Positions 1 through 9,857 of a DNA stretch of 64,000 nt are shown one piece after another. Position 1 is the first letter of the stretch, and each line of letters starts with the position of its first letter. Location of the stretch: the sequence record PQ657772.1; one strand, written 5' to 3'. The notes under the pieces are model-generated. The model made no database searches, had not been told where the DNA came from, and saw only the letters and a program-made list of their open reading frames with translations. Made by a program: the position numbers and the translations under genes.

Positions 1-420
1 GAATTTATCATCACGTTTATGTTTGATGTAACGTCCAAGCTCTTCAATTTCTTGAAGTGTGTATTTCTCAAGAATTTCTGGATCATAGATTTTTGTATCT
101 ACCATTTCTTGTAGATGTGCAGTGTACTTGATAGGGTCATAGTCACCATACACTTGCTTACGGATACTATAATTTAGTAAGCGACCAGCAACGTATTGGT
201 AGTTTGGTGTATCTTCAGAAATAAGTTCTGCTGCTGATTTAATCAGAATATCATGAATAGTATTTGTTTCAATACCTTCAAAGAATTGAAGTTGTGCACG
301 AATTTCAATTTCGGAAACAGATACACCACTCAGCCCTTCGGCAGCAAAAAATAAAATTTGATGGATCTTATCCAAAGATAACGGTTCTTTTTTTCCATTA
401 CGCTTGGTTACGTTAATCAT
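1..420 (-). CDS. nrdA: Ribonucleotide reductase class Ia alpha subunit, N-terminal part (runs off window start)
   Basis: Manual translation MINVTKRNGKKEPLSLDKIHQIL...IKSAAELISEDTPNYQYVAGRLL is a typical NrdA ATP-cone; SD-like AAGGA upstream. Confidence 0.93.
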   Translation of the reverse strand, partial: MINVTKRNGKKEPLSLDKIHQILFFAAEGLSGVSVSEIEIRAQLQFFEGIETNTIHDILIKSAAELISEDTPNYQYVAGRLLNYSIRKQVYGDYDPIKYTAHLQEMVDTKIYDPEILEKYTLQEIEELGRYIKHKRDDKF

Positions 421-468
421 GTGTCATCCTTGTTATATTGTTTATACAGTTCTTAAATTTTGTGGAAG

Positions 469-490
469 AAAAAGGCGGGACGCCTTTTAA
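469..490 (-). terminator. Intrinsic terminator-like hairpin
   Basis: aaaaggcg-gga-cgcctttt inverted repeat with A/T tracts at the end of the 487..1068 gene. Confidence 0.7.
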
Positions 491-1068
491 GGTTTGTCCC
501 ACCCACGATATACAAATTCTATGTGGTATCCTGAATTTAAATAATCCGCATTAACTATGTCAAATTGCATATTTCCAGTACTTGAATCATAAACTGGATT
601 ACTAAACAGAATAGATAAAATTGCATCAGTACGGCTTGTGTTATTTGACTGTGCAATCATAGTTGAAGAACCAGCAGCAACAATTTGCACTGTGCCTGAT
701 TCTAAAATAGTCTCATTGCTATTATACGCGATGTAGTCGATGAATACACGACTTTCACTTTCAATAATAACTTCAACACTCTCTTGGTTTTGTGGAATGT
801 CTACTTCAAATGGACGGTTGATGATTTTGGATACCGTTCTCCACGGTGAGAATTCGGTAATTATTTCCACGTTCTCTTTACCAGAGTTTGGATCAGTTTC
901 CCATGTACGCCCAGCAACTAAGCTTGCTGGGTCTGATGAGGAAGGTAGGCCGATGAATACACGACCCACATCAGTACTGAATCCTATCTGGCCTTTTTCC
1001 AACGCGTCTGGTAAGTCACGTTGCTTACCAGTTCTTACTTGCTGTAACGCAATTTGTTGTTGTGCCAT
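487..1068 (-). CDS. Putative virion structural protein with tail-fibre-like N-terminal motif
   Basis: N-terminus QQVRTGKQRDLPDALEKGQIGFSTDVGRVFIG resembles the IQxRRG...LxxGExG...xxLxIG fibre attachment motif; late-type CTAAATA box upstream. Confidence 0.5.
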   Translation of the reverse strand: MAQQQIALQQVRTGKQRDLPDALEKGQIGFSTDVGRVFIGLPSSSDPASLVAGRTWETDPNSGKENVEIITEFSPWRTVSKIINRPFEVDIPQNQESVEVIIESESRVFIDYIAYNSNETILESGTVQIVAAGSSTMIAQSNNTSRTDAILSILFSNPVYDSSTGNMQFDIVNADYLNSGYHIEFVYRGWDKP

Positions 1069-1096
1069 AAAAACTATCTCCTATAGTATTATAGGA

Positions 1097-1654
1097 TTAT
1101 TTAGCGTTTTCTTTAACTTCAGCAATACGCTCATTGATTAGTTGAGATACAACAGAGCTATCAACGGAAGAAAGAATTGATTCAGGAACTAGGGATTTCA
1201 AGTGTTTTACATAGTTTGCAACACTTTTTAGTTCTTTGGTTTTTAGTGCTTCTTTGATAATATCCAAATCTTCTTTTGAAGCTTCAACACGTTCAATAAC
1301 AACAACGTCTTCTTCTTCAACAACAGGTGCTAGTTCTTCAGCGATTACTTGTACTTCTTCAGATACTTTAATTTGTTCTTCAGTATCTACTACATATGAT
1401 TCGATTACTTCTGGTGCAACATTACGAGATACTTCGTCAACACTAATATCTTCAGCAATTTTCTCTTTGATTACTTCTACTGGTTTTGCACCGCGAGATT
1501 TATAATCTTTAATATTAACTAGAAGTTTATTTGAAAGTTGTAGTTTGTCAATTTCTTCATCACTTAGTTTGATTACTTCATCTAAGGAGTAGCCTTTACT
1601 TTCTAGTGCACGAATTGTATATAGGTCTTGTTTCATTTGTTTATGCTGTTCCAT
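1097..1654 (-). CDS. Hypothetical protein with acidic V/E-rich linker
   Basis: ORF track 1097..1741; start moved to ATG at 1654 behind a GGAG SD to limit overlap with the nuclease gene. Confidence 0.6.
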   Translation of the reverse strand: MEQHKQMKQDLYTIRALESKGYSLDEVIKLSDEEIDKLQLSNKLLVNIKDYKSRGAKPVEVIKEKIAEDISVDEVSRNVAPEVIESYVVDTEEQIKVSEEVQVIAEELAPVVEEEDVVVIERVEASKEDLDIIKEALKTKELKSVANYVKHLKSLVPESILSSVDSSVVSQLINERIAEVKENAK

Positions 1655-2360
1655 TTGATTCAATTTCTCCACGTAAAATATAGTATTGTTCAACTCTACC
1701 AATCCACATATCAACCGCATCCTTGAAGTCTTGTCCTTCAATAACGAATTCTTGATATTGTAAATTGTTAGGATCTTTTCTTACACAGATGAAAATTACA
1801 CCACGCTCAATATTTGTTCCAAACATTTGATTATGCGATAGTGCATATGCAGCGATTTGCATACGGTAATTTTCGATATGTTCCCATGTCTTTAATTTAC
1901 GGGAATTCTTATAGTCCATGATAGAAGGAATACCATCATGAACTCCAACTAAGTCAGTTGTTCCAGCCCATAATCCTTCATAGAATAATGGAACTTCCTG
2001 ACCCCACACTTCATTGATTCTAGGCCATGCTTCTTCTTGAATTTTGTCAGCCATTCTACGGGCCAGAACTCGTATCGGCATACCACCTTGGTGGTCTGGC
2101 TTTCCATCCAGACGATATTCTAAGTTCTCGTGCATAAAAGTACCAACAGTACATGCTTCTAATGTAATCTCATTAGCTTTCTCTTCACCAACAAATTCTC
2201 TCCATTTTTTCAACCCCTCATTGTCAGAGGTGGCACTAAGAATTGTTGTTACTGACGGCAGATTCCCTGTTGGAGTTGAATAAAGGCGACCTTCGGGGCC
2301 GCCTTCAATTCTTTTGTAATCAACGTATGTATATCTGCTAACAATTGGTGGTGTGTACAT
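1641..2360 (-). CDS. PD-(D/E)XK (Cas4/RecB-like) exonuclease
   Basis: LPSVTTIL, GTFMHENLE, GTTDLV...IMDYKNS, YRMQIAAYA motifs typical of T4-like phage exonucleases. Confidence 0.85.
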   Translation of the reverse strand: MYTPPIVSRYTYVDYKRIEGGPEGRLYSTPTGNLPSVTTILSATSDNEGLKKWREFVGEEKANEITLEACTVGTFMHENLEYRLDGKPDHQGGMPIRVLARRMADKIQEEAWPRINEVWGQEVPLFYEGLWAGTTDLVGVHDGIPSIMDYKNSRKLKTWEHIENYRMQIAAYALSHNQMFGTNIERGVIFICVRKDPNNLQYQEFVIEGQDFKDAVDMWIGRVEQYYILRGEIESNGTA

Positions 2361-2373
2361 CCGTGTACTCCTA

Positions 2374-2403
2374 ATTATAGCATCGTATTTTTGTTTGTCT
2401 CAG
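2374..2403 (-). promoter_or_regulatory. Pre-replicative promoter, TGRGAC-N17-TATAAT class
   Basis: CTGAGA-caaacaaaaatacgatgc-TATAAT just upstream of the nuclease. Confidence 0.75.
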
Positions 2404-2406
2404 TTT

Positions 2407-2736
2407 TTATTGCTTATTTGCTGCAACAGCAGCTTTTGTTGCCCAATCTTCAACTTGGTCTTCAGAGTTCTGTTCAACTTCACCAGTACTTTCTGAATCA
2501 TTACCAGTAAATGTTACAACATCCGAATTCGCATCTTGCACAAATGGCAAAGAGTTTAGAATATCCATCATAACATTATAAGGAACATCAATGTTGGTTC
2601 GCTTTTTGATTTCAGCGATTAAAGATTGTAGGTTCACTTCTTCGCGACCCGATGATACTAAAGACAACGCAATAGTAGTAATCATATTGCGTATGTCTTT
2701 ACCAGGAGCCTCTTCTGTAAGATCTTGAAATCTCAT
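2407..2736 (-). CDS. Hypothetical protein (putative head-associated)
   Basis: 109-aa ORF with SD; N-terminal L-T-E motif. Confidence 0.7.
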   Translation of the reverse strand: MRFQDLTEEAPGKDIRNMITTIALSLVSSGREEVNLQSLIAEIKKRTNIDVPYNVMMDILNSLPFVQDANSDVVTFTGNDSESTGEVEQNSEDQVEDWATKAAVAANKQ

Positions 2737-2752
2737 TTAGATTCATCCTTAA

Positions 2753-3409
2753 TTATTTTTTAACGTATCCTAGTACACGTTTAACTTTCTTCTCGTTCTC
2801 AGATAGCCAAGTTTTCATTTCTTCTTTGTTTTTGAAGAATTTAGTACCTACAGTACCGCGAACACTTTCCATCTTAATACCAATTTGAGTTGGTTTTACA
2901 GATTCTTTCATTTCACGCTCAGTTGGTACTGGCTCAGAAATAATATCTTCTTCGAAATCAGCATCAGCACCCATGTCGAACGTTGGGGTGTCAGCAGCAA
3001 TGTCGATATCAACATCTTCACTACCAATATCAGAAACTGCTGGGCCATCAGTGATATCACCAGTTAGTTTTAAAGTTTCAGTACTGATTTTATCTTTAAC
3101 ATCCATTAGAGTAGTAACTGCATGTTGAAGTAGGTGACGAACGCTATCACTAAAGTTCTGTGCAGCATCAAGACCTTGTTCCGCTTTGATACGGTCAAGT
3201 AGTGGGCCTAGAACGTCAACGCCCATGTTGTTGATTACTTCAGACTGACGTTGTAGTTTGTCAACGATTTCACCTTTAACAGAGAGAACGATTTCAGCTT
3301 TCTCGATGTTAGATTCGTTCAATTTGATGAACTTCATTGCTTCAACACGTGAAGCAGATTCCATTAGTTTTTTGTAGTTAGACATTTGAATTTCCTTATA
3401 AAATATCAC
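2753..3409 (-). CDS. Hypothetical protein (putative head/internal protein)
   Basis: 218-aa ORF (likely start MSNYKK at 3385); several L/M-x-E-S motifs; high-expression codon usage. Confidence 0.7.
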   Translation of the reverse strand: MIFYKEIQMSNYKKLMESASRVEAMKFIKLNESNIEKAEIVLSVKGEIVDKLQRQSEVINNMGVDVLGPLLDRIKAEQGLDAAQNFSDSVRHLLQHAVTTLMDVKDKISTETLKLTGDITDGPAVSDIGSEDVDIDIAADTPTFDMGADADFEEDIISEPVPTEREMKESVKPTQIGIKMESVRGTVGTKFFKNKEEMKTWLSENEKKVKRVLGYVKK

Positions 3410-3418
3410 TAAATTTAT

Positions 3419-4096
3419 TTACTTTATATAACCTTCACTCTTTAGAAAGTTCAGTACACGCTCTTTGAGTTTGTATGCTTCAGCTTTCTTTTCAGCGATG
3501 ATGATATCTAAATCTTTTGCCTCATCGTACTTCGACTCATTCAGAACACGTTGACGTTTCTGTGCAGCCTTCAATGCTTCGGTAATTACATTGGTGTATT
3601 GTAAACCGGAACTGATGATACCAAGAACTTTTGCATCTGTCAACATTCTTCCTTCGTTGAGAAGGTTTACTAGTGTTAGTGCAGCTTCATACATCATAAT
3701 ATTATTCATGATAACTTGAGAACTATGATTACATTTAACACTGTATACTTTTGTTGATTTAGTACCTTGAATTTTTTCTTCTACTAAACTCCAGTTAGTT
3801 TTAGGTTTAGCAGGTGCACGTTGTACAACAGGTTGTGCTGGTTGGTGACCAAGCATGTGTTCATTGTATGGGGCGTAGAATGGAACAACATGTGGATGTG
3901 TCTGTTCTGGATCAACACCATAATTCATACCAGCTTCATTTAATGATGTCAAAATGTCGGTCATTGCACCGATATCACCACCTGACTTGTAAGGAACACC
4001 AGACGCATTATGGGTTGCACCAGCTTCAATGTCATTCAAACCGCTTAACAAATCAGCCATCTGATTAACTGATTGTTGATCGTACTCGTAATTCAT
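3419..4096 (-). CDS. Hypothetical protein (putative head/internal protein)
   Basis: 225-aa ORF coupled to neighbours; LNEA, LNEG and LNES motifs. Confidence 0.7.
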   Translation of the reverse strand: MNYEYDQQSVNQMADLLSGLNDIEAGATHNASGVPYKSGGDIGAMTDILTSLNEAGMNYGVDPEQTHPHVVPFYAPYNEHMLGHQPAQPVVQRAPAKPKTNWSLVEEKIQGTKSTKVYSVKCNHSSQVIMNNIMMYEAALTLVNLLNEGRMLTDAKVLGIISSGLQYTNVITEALKAAQKRQRVLNESKYDEAKDLDIIIAEKKAEAYKLKERVLNFLKSEGYIK

Positions 4097-4311
4097 TTAT
4101 TACTCCTAACAGTTGAATACTCTTCAGTACCGTCATCTTTCTCAACAATATTTAGGACTCCACGAGATACCATTTTATCCGCTAGTTCCTGATAGTATTC
4201 GTTTACTTTTTCAACTGGCACGGAACCTCGTGCCTTAATTTTCTGTAATAGTCTGTATTCTTCGTTGGAAACCATAGTGTTGTGACCATGAACATTAGGT
4301 ACAGTTCTCAT
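4093..4311 (-). CDS. Small hypothetical protein
   Basis: 72-aa ORF with overlapping stop/start junctions on both sides. Confidence 0.7.
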   Translation of the reverse strand: MRTVPNVHGHNTMVSNEEYRLLQKIKARGSVPVEKVNEYYQELADKMVSRGVLNIVEKDDGTEEYSTVRSNK

Positions 4312-5273
4312 TATCGGCCTCGCATACGGTGACAGAAATCAATGATTTGATCTACCATCTCATCATTCTCTTGTTGTGCAGAGTTTGCCATTACACTTTC
4401 ATCACCATAGATATCATCTTCTTTTTCGATATCAGCGATTGCATGAATCATTTCACCCATACCTGGTGCGTGTTGTGTTAGTGGAGATGGTGAATTTGGA
4501 TTACCGTCTGGTTCCATACCAGGCTCACCCATCACTTCACTATTAATTTCTTGTGGTGATTTCTCTTCACGAATTGTAGTACTTTGATTTTGATTGTCAA
4601 CTGGAGTCACATCATCCAAAGGGAAAACATTCAATTCGTTTGGCTTAGTGCCACTTTTGGTTACTACTAATGATTGTTGTGGATTTTGTCCAGCATCAAT
4701 ACCAACAACTGGTTCAATTGAATCAGTACCGCTTTGACTACCAGGAACACTAACTTTAATGTTATTAGCATTACGTTGTAGTTCTGCTTGTTTAAGTTTT
4801 GCTTGGGTTTGTGGATTAACTTGCTGTTGTTGCTGTGACACATTCATTTTAGCAATCTGTGTAGATTTTAATTGATTTTCTGGATTTTCCAAATTAGAGG
4901 ATAAATCTTCAAACACAATAGTTTTTAATTCTTGAATACTCAACTTAGAAACATCAGAGTATGTGAAGTTACTTTTGTATGCTTCAACTAAGTCTTTCAT
5001 TGTCATAGAATCAACTGTCTTATGCCAATCAGAACTTTCAACAATATGTTTAGTTACATTATCAGTACTGAAGTATGAGAAACTTTCACTCATTTGTGCT
5101 TTGTACTTTTGTAGAATTTGAAAAATTTCACGGTTATCTGAATTATCCATAGCGGCATTTAGTGTGATGAAATCACCCGCATCCATATTATCCAGTACAA
5201 CAGAAACATCAACATTCAAATTATGTGCGTCAGCAAACTTCTGTAGCTCCGCTGCTGTTTGGTTTATATCCAT
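4311..5273 (-). CDS. Hypothetical protein (putative virion protein)
   Basis: 320-aa ORF with GGAG SD and GATAAATA late box at 5319..5326. Confidence 0.7.
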   Translation of the reverse strand: MDINQTAAELQKFADAHNLNVDVSVVLDNMDAGDFITLNAAMDNSDNREIFQILQKYKAQMSESFSYFSTDNVTKHIVESSDWHKTVDSMTMKDLVEAYKSNFTYSDVSKLSIQELKTIVFEDLSSNLENPENQLKSTQIAKMNVSQQQQQVNPQTQAKLKQAELQRNANNIKVSVPGSQSGTDSIEPVVGIDAGQNPQQSLVVTKSGTKPNELNVFPLDDVTPVDNQNQSTTIREEKSPQEINSEVMGEPGMEPDGNPNSPSPLTQHAPGMGEMIHAIADIEKEDDIYGDESVMANSAQQENDEMVDQIIDFCHRMRGR

Positions 5274-5330
5274 AATTACTCCATATAAAATAAAAAAGAC
5301 CTCTGTCTTGCTTTATGATATTTATCACAA

Positions 5331-5723
5331 TTAAGAAAAGGTCTGTTTGCTGATGCTAATATTTGTATCATTACCTGTTGTGATAAATTTTGTAATTCTT
5401 TTACCATTTAATTCTGTAGGTAAAACTAATGGTATTCCATTCAAACGCAAATCAACATCCATTGGTATTGCGAATTTGAAAGTACTAAGAGTACATTTAC
5501 CCCATGAAACTGGAAGATTATAGAAAGATGCGTTGTTATCTTTATATAGATCTACTTCAGTTTTTACTACACTTACCATCATGGGATAATCATGTGCCAT
5601 AATAGCCTCCAACAATCTCGACAAATTCATAGCACCAGTGAACTTAGAATCGATGATTGTTGGAGTTGTACCATCTCCTATATCTACAACAGTATTAATT
5701 GTGTAGAAAGTATATGGTTTCAT
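5331..5723 (-). CDS. Hypothetical protein
   Basis: 130-aa ORF overlapping the upstream stop. Confidence 0.65.
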   Translation of the reverse strand: MKPYTFYTINTVVDIGDGTTPTIIDSKFTGAMNLSRLLEAIMAHDYPMMVSVVKTEVDLYKDNNASFYNLPVSWGKCTLSTFKFAIPMDVDLRLNGIPLVLPTELNGKRITKFITTGNDTNISISKQTFS

Positions 5724-5887
5724 TCCTTATCCTTATTTTTAGTCTCAACAACTTTATATCCAAAGAAATTTGTAGGAGGCATTCTTCGAAGTAATGGGTA
5801 ATTTAATCCAGTACTGACTGATGCTACTGCACCTGCTGATGTTGCACCAGCAGAAGCATTTTCTTTTAGTTTAGTTTTCTTCTTCAT
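5720..5887 (-). CDS. Small protein with an MCP-like N-terminal motif
   Basis: MKKKTKLKENASAGATSAGAVASV; start placed at 5887 behind AAGGGA. Confidence 0.6.
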   Translation of the reverse strand: MKKKTKLKENASAGATSAGAVASVSTGLNYPLLRRMPPTNFFGYKVVETKNKDKE

Positions 5888-5888
5888 A

Positions 5889-6161
5889 TCAATTCCCTTT
5901 ATTACGTTTTTCATCAAGTGCTATGTTCTCCAAGCCCTTCTGAAACTTTTTATAATCTCGGTTCTTAATACTAAGAAATAAACGTTTCTTCAAATCTTCA
6001 GCATCAGTTTGGTTAAATTCATCTTCGATACTCTCCAATAAATGAATAACAGAGTTGATTGCATGATCTGCACGATTACCAAAACTCTGTAATGTATCTT
6101 TCTCTGGTGTATAGTCAACTATACTATCAAGTAGATTCTTTTTATTGGATTTACTAGACAT
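5889..6161 (-). CDS. Hypothetical protein
   Basis: 90-aa ORF directly downstream of the helicase. Confidence 0.65.
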   Translation of the reverse strand: MSSKSNKKNLLDSIVDYTPEKDTLQSFGNRADHAINSVIHLLESIEDEFNQTDAEDLKKRLFLSIKNRDYKKFQKGLENIALDEKRNKGN

Positions 6162-6164
6162 TCA

Positions 6165-7685
6165 TTATTTCCTTTGATTTAACCATTGCTTCATTGCATT
6201 TACACGATCAGTACCAATGTGAGGCTGTTGAGGCTGGGATTCAGTTTGTGTAGAAGTGATTGGATCACTATCTGTATTTAGTGTTACGCTTTCAACACTC
6301 GGTGTAGTGCTTGGTTTAGGAGCACCAGAAAGCGTATGACGCAGTGTTTGCATTGTACTTGGTGGCATTGCCATGTTACCACCGCCGACCTTAGAGATGC
6401 CACTGTGACGGAATCCTGACCCATCAGTTTCGAATTGTTGGATTGTGGTTGCGTGGTCTAGTACACGAAGTGAATCGATATCATATGACATACGCAAACG
6501 TGAACCAACTGCACTACTGTTACGTGTTTTCTGGAAGTCAAACCAAAGTTCGCCAGTTTCTTTACGTGCTTCAATGTAGATAACGTTATCCGCAGTATAG
6601 ATTTTAGAAATACCACCAGCAATCTGACTTTGACTTTTCTTATCTTCATCCATACCACTACGGTTAAACTGTGACGCAGTGAAGACGGTCAAATCCATTT
6701 TGGTTGCTAGTGCACGCAATTCTTCAGATACAAATTTATCTTTTGTAAATGTATTAGATTTATCATTAGGACCAAGACGATTTGATGTTAATAGGTCAAG
6801 GTAGTCCACACAAACATAATCTAATTTGACTTCCATTTTAATTTGCAATTCACGAAGATAACTTTCAATATCATCAGTGGTTGTTACGGATTCTGGTAAA
6901 CGTTTAATACGCAATATACCACTATCCTTGCCTTCCATTTGAACTCGTAGACCAATCTTTTCAGCTTCGTTCTTAACGTTACTTAGCTTAGATTCAGTCA
7001 TCATACCATAGATACGAACGGCTACCAACTCTTCTGCTAGTTCTAGTGAAATGTATGCACCATTCATACCAGCCTTAGCAAAGTTAACTGCTAAGTTCTG
7101 TAGTACTACTGATTTACCACCACCAGACGCTGCTGCAAAGATTTCAAGTTCACGGCGACCAAAACCACCGAATAGTTTATAGTCAAGGGTTTCCCATCCA
7201 CTCTTGAATGAACCTTGCATAGTGCTCAATGAACGAATGGTATCTTCTGGATTTTCAAAGATATCAAGACCCAACTCATTCTGTACAGATACTAACATAG
7301 CTTCACGAATGAGTTCTTCGATGCCACCATATTTTTTCTGATGTACTAATTCCATACCTTTCTCTACTGCTAGAGCTAGAGCTTTGTGACGGCAAAACTC
7401 ACTACAGGTATCCAGTACTGCCTGTTTATGAAGTTCTTGTACTTCATATTGATCATACTGATAACCACCTTTCACTTCAATATCTTTCAGTGTAGGGGAT
7501 GAACTATATTTTGCTGCATAATCATGAACGTACTGAATACTTTCATGAAATGTTTTATCAAAATATTCTGGCTTTAGAATATTTTTACAACGTACAAATA
7601 AATCTGGATTACTGAAAACTTGGGATAGTAAGTATTGTTGTGCATTAATCCCATACTGTTTGACGTCCACTGTGCTTTGAATCAT
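6165..7685 (-). CDS. Replicative DnaB-family helicase (T4 gp41-like)
   Basis: Walker A AASGGGKS, YISLELAEE, VDYLDLL, TASQFNR and KTRNS motifs. Confidence 0.93.
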   Translation of the reverse strand: MIQSTVDVKQYGINAQQYLLSQVFSNPDLFVRCKNILKPEYFDKTFHESIQYVHDYAAKYSSSPTLKDIEVKGGYQYDQYEVQELHKQAVLDTCSEFCRHKALALAVEKGMELVHQKKYGGIEELIREAMLVSVQNELGLDIFENPEDTIRSLSTMQGSFKSGWETLDYKLFGGFGRRELEIFAAASGGGKSVVLQNLAVNFAKAGMNGAYISLELAEELVAVRIYGMMTESKLSNVKNEAEKIGLRVQMEGKDSGILRIKRLPESVTTTDDIESYLRELQIKMEVKLDYVCVDYLDLLTSNRLGPNDKSNTFTKDKFVSEELRALATKMDLTVFTASQFNRSGMDEDKKSQSQIAGGISKIYTADNVIYIEARKETGELWFDFQKTRNSSAVGSRLRMSYDIDSLRVLDHATTIQQFETDGSGFRHSGISKVGGGNMAMPPSTMQTLRHTLSGAPKPSTTPSVESVTLNTDSDPITSTQTESQPQQPHIGTDRVNAMKQWLNQRK

Positions 7686-7711
7686 TTATGTTCCCTCATT
7701 TATATCCTGTG

Positions 7712-8767
7712 TTACATCCACTTATCCGTTTGTGCTTTAATATAGAAAGGCTCGTCAACTATACTATCATGTATCAGTTGTAAACAAAATAATCTTCCAA
7801 ATCTAGCACATGCTTCGTCAAAATCTTTAATGTGACGTATAGTACTTCCAACACGTACTGCCCCAAAATCTGGGAAAGAAACACTAAATCCATATTCTAG
7901 TGCTTGTTCGATTGTTTGTAATCCATCCTTATCACGGTCTGGTACGATAACAATCTTTTTACCTTTTTCTTGTGCAGCTTTAAGTACATCTATTTGTACT
8001 GCTGACAATTTAAAGTTATTTGCAGAAACACCACCCATTAGTGCTGCATCCATTGGACCTTCACAAACTAATATAGTTTTAATTCGTTCATCTTGTAACA
8101 GATCATAATTATATAGAATATTAGTACTGACCTGATTAATAAAACGATAGGTACTTCCTGGGTCTTTAAGTTTGTGTCTAGCAGTATATCCGATAATTTT
8201 ACCGTTCATAACGTATGGTATGATAAATCGGTCATACATTTTATGTTCTTTAGCTGGACTCCAATACAATTCTAAATCTAATAGATATGGATTTCGCTCA
8301 TTCACATGATTCAGAACACTAATAAATTCTTGTGGTATTTGCTCTTCTGGTAACGATGCCCATTCCCAGAATGTTTTTGAGTTCGGTGGTAATTCACGAA
8401 CAGTTACACGTTGATATAGTTTAGATGCAGTAGTTTCTTGTTCTGCAAAGTCTCCACTATCAACCATTTCTTTAATGTAAAATTTAGCTAGTTCTATTTC
8501 CTTATCCTGTGCACCAAAAGAAATGAGCAAAGACTCCATATCTTTGCTCATATATTTTCCAGGTTGCCACCCAGTTTTTAGACTACAGTTAAAACAGTTA
8601 TAAGAAACAGAACCATCTGCGTTAAACATATGATTGCCGCGATTTTTAGTATCGGGGCGTGAATGACCACGGAACACACAAGCAGGACAATTGTGATGTG
8701 TCCACATACCAATTCCTGGTACTGGGTCATTCATGATTTGTGCCATGATGTTTTGTACAGCGTTCAT
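7712..8767 (-). CDS. DNA primase (T4 gp61-like)
   Basis: Zn-binding CPAC...YNCFNC; TOPRIM motifs VCEGPMDA and PDRDKDG. Confidence 0.9.
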   Translation of the reverse strand: MNAVQNIMAQIMNDPVPGIGMWTHHNCPACVFRGHSRPDTKNRGNHMFNADGSVSYNCFNCSLKTGWQPGKYMSKDMESLLISFGAQDKEIELAKFYIKEMVDSGDFAEQETTASKLYQRVTVRELPPNSKTFWEWASLPEEQIPQEFISVLNHVNERNPYLLDLELYWSPAKEHKMYDRFIIPYVMNGKIIGYTARHKLKDPGSTYRFINQVSTNILYNYDLLQDERIKTILVCEGPMDAALMGGVSANNFKLSAVQIDVLKAAQEKGKKIVIVPDRDKDGLQTIEQALEYGFSVSFPDFGAVRVGSTIRHIKDFDEACARFGRLFCLQLIHDSIVDEPFYIKAQTDKWM

Positions 8768-8796
8768 AATTTAATCCTTGTTATTTCTCACAAATG

Positions 8797-8826
8797 ATTA
8801 TAGCACAAACACTTGTTTTGTCTCAC
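8797..8826 (-). promoter_or_regulatory. Pre-replicative promoter, TGRGAC class
   Basis: GTGAGA-caaaacaagtgtttgtgc-TATAAT upstream of primase. Confidence 0.75.
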
Positions 8827-9800
8827 CTGCGAATCAAAATTTTAGGAACTGACAGTAGTGGGTCATAGACTTTTCTTACTGCCGCATAGTCATAAGGAAC
8901 TGGAACGATCTTAGGATGAATACAAACAACCAATCGCAACCACATGTAATTACCTTTAAAATTAAATGCTTGAATCCCATCTAACGCTTTAGGGAATCCA
9001 TTTTCATCAATATCATTTTCGATATATTCTTTACCATCCAATTTAACAATAAACCATTTATAGTTCTCGTTATCAGTTGGTACGTTATTACACAAACATC
9101 CTTGTAATTGAATTCTACCAATGAATTTATCAAAGTACATTGCAATAGTACTAAGACCATCAACTAATCCGTACTGCATTTGTGCAGGAAGGGGAGATGT
9201 TGCCATTATATCAAATTCACCAATAACGCCACGAGCGATTGGTTCATGATACAAGCGTTTGATGGTAGTCCATGCTGGGTTTTTATTAACAGATACTTCA
9301 ATACTTGGCACAAACACAGGAGCAGCTTGGTCGGAAATGATCAATTCAGCAGAGGCTTCATAATCAAGACCAGTGTATAAGTACTGTGTAGGTTCAATCA
9401 AGGAACCATCCATTGTTACTTTAGTAACACTCCATCTATATTTTGAACCAGGACTAGTATCCTGAATTACACCAGCAGGAACAATACATCCATAATATAC
9501 TTTTTTACTATTGCCTAATGTTTGTCTTGCTTGTCCACTTTCTGATAGCCATGATGGTTTTTGTTTATCCAAAACTACATCGAATAATTTAGTATTGTTT
9601 CTAGCATCAAAAATCATGAATGTTAGATATTCGTTATCTTTTAGTAATGTATATTTTCCATCAGCGTTATGCACTGTGAATGATAAATTGTTATTTGCAC
9701 CTCTGTATATTGTAAGTTTCTCATTGCTATATGGCATATTAAAATTGCCCAATGATACTTCTTGGTTATAAGGGTACATAAACACGCCGTGATGAGCCAT
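8823..9800 (-). CDS. Putative virion protein with BppU-like Ig N-terminal domain
   Basis: Start MAHHG at 9800 behind GGAAGGA; LTIYRGANNNLSFTVHNADGK resembles baseplate upper protein N-termini; CATAAATA late box at 9842..9849. Confidence 0.5.
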   Translation of the reverse strand: MAHHGVFMYPYNQEVSLGNFNMPYSNEKLTIYRGANNNLSFTVHNADGKYTLLKDNEYLTFMIFDARNNTKLFDVVLDKQKPSWLSESGQARQTLGNSKKVYYGCIVPAGVIQDTSPGSKYRWSVTKVTMDGSLIEPTQYLYTGLDYEASAELIISDQAAPVFVPSIEVSVNKNPAWTTIKRLYHEPIARGVIGEFDIMATSPLPAQMQYGLVDGLSTIAMYFDKFIGRIQLQGCLCNNVPTDNENYKWFIVKLDGKEYIENDIDENGFPKALDGIQAFNFKGNYMWLRLVVCIHPKIVPVPYDYAAVRKVYDPLLSVPKILIRR

Positions 9801-9812
9801 AGTTTTTCCTTC

Positions 9813-9849
9813 CATAAATAATAGGTATAAATTTATACTAATATTTATG
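9813..9849. promoter_or_regulatory. Back-to-back divergent late promoters
   Basis: CATAAATA on + at 9813..9820 and on - at 9842..9849; T4 late consensus is TATAAATA. Confidence 0.65.
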
Positions 9850-9857
9850 GAACTCAT

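Noticed and set aside
740-1141. Opposite-strand ORFs inside known genes (also 1236..1505, 13945..14397, 33503..33871, 36570..36890, 37053..37388, 44300..44722 and similar)
   Set aside because: Shadow ORFs from codon bias: S/T/F-rich, no SD or promoter, fully overlapping well-supported genes
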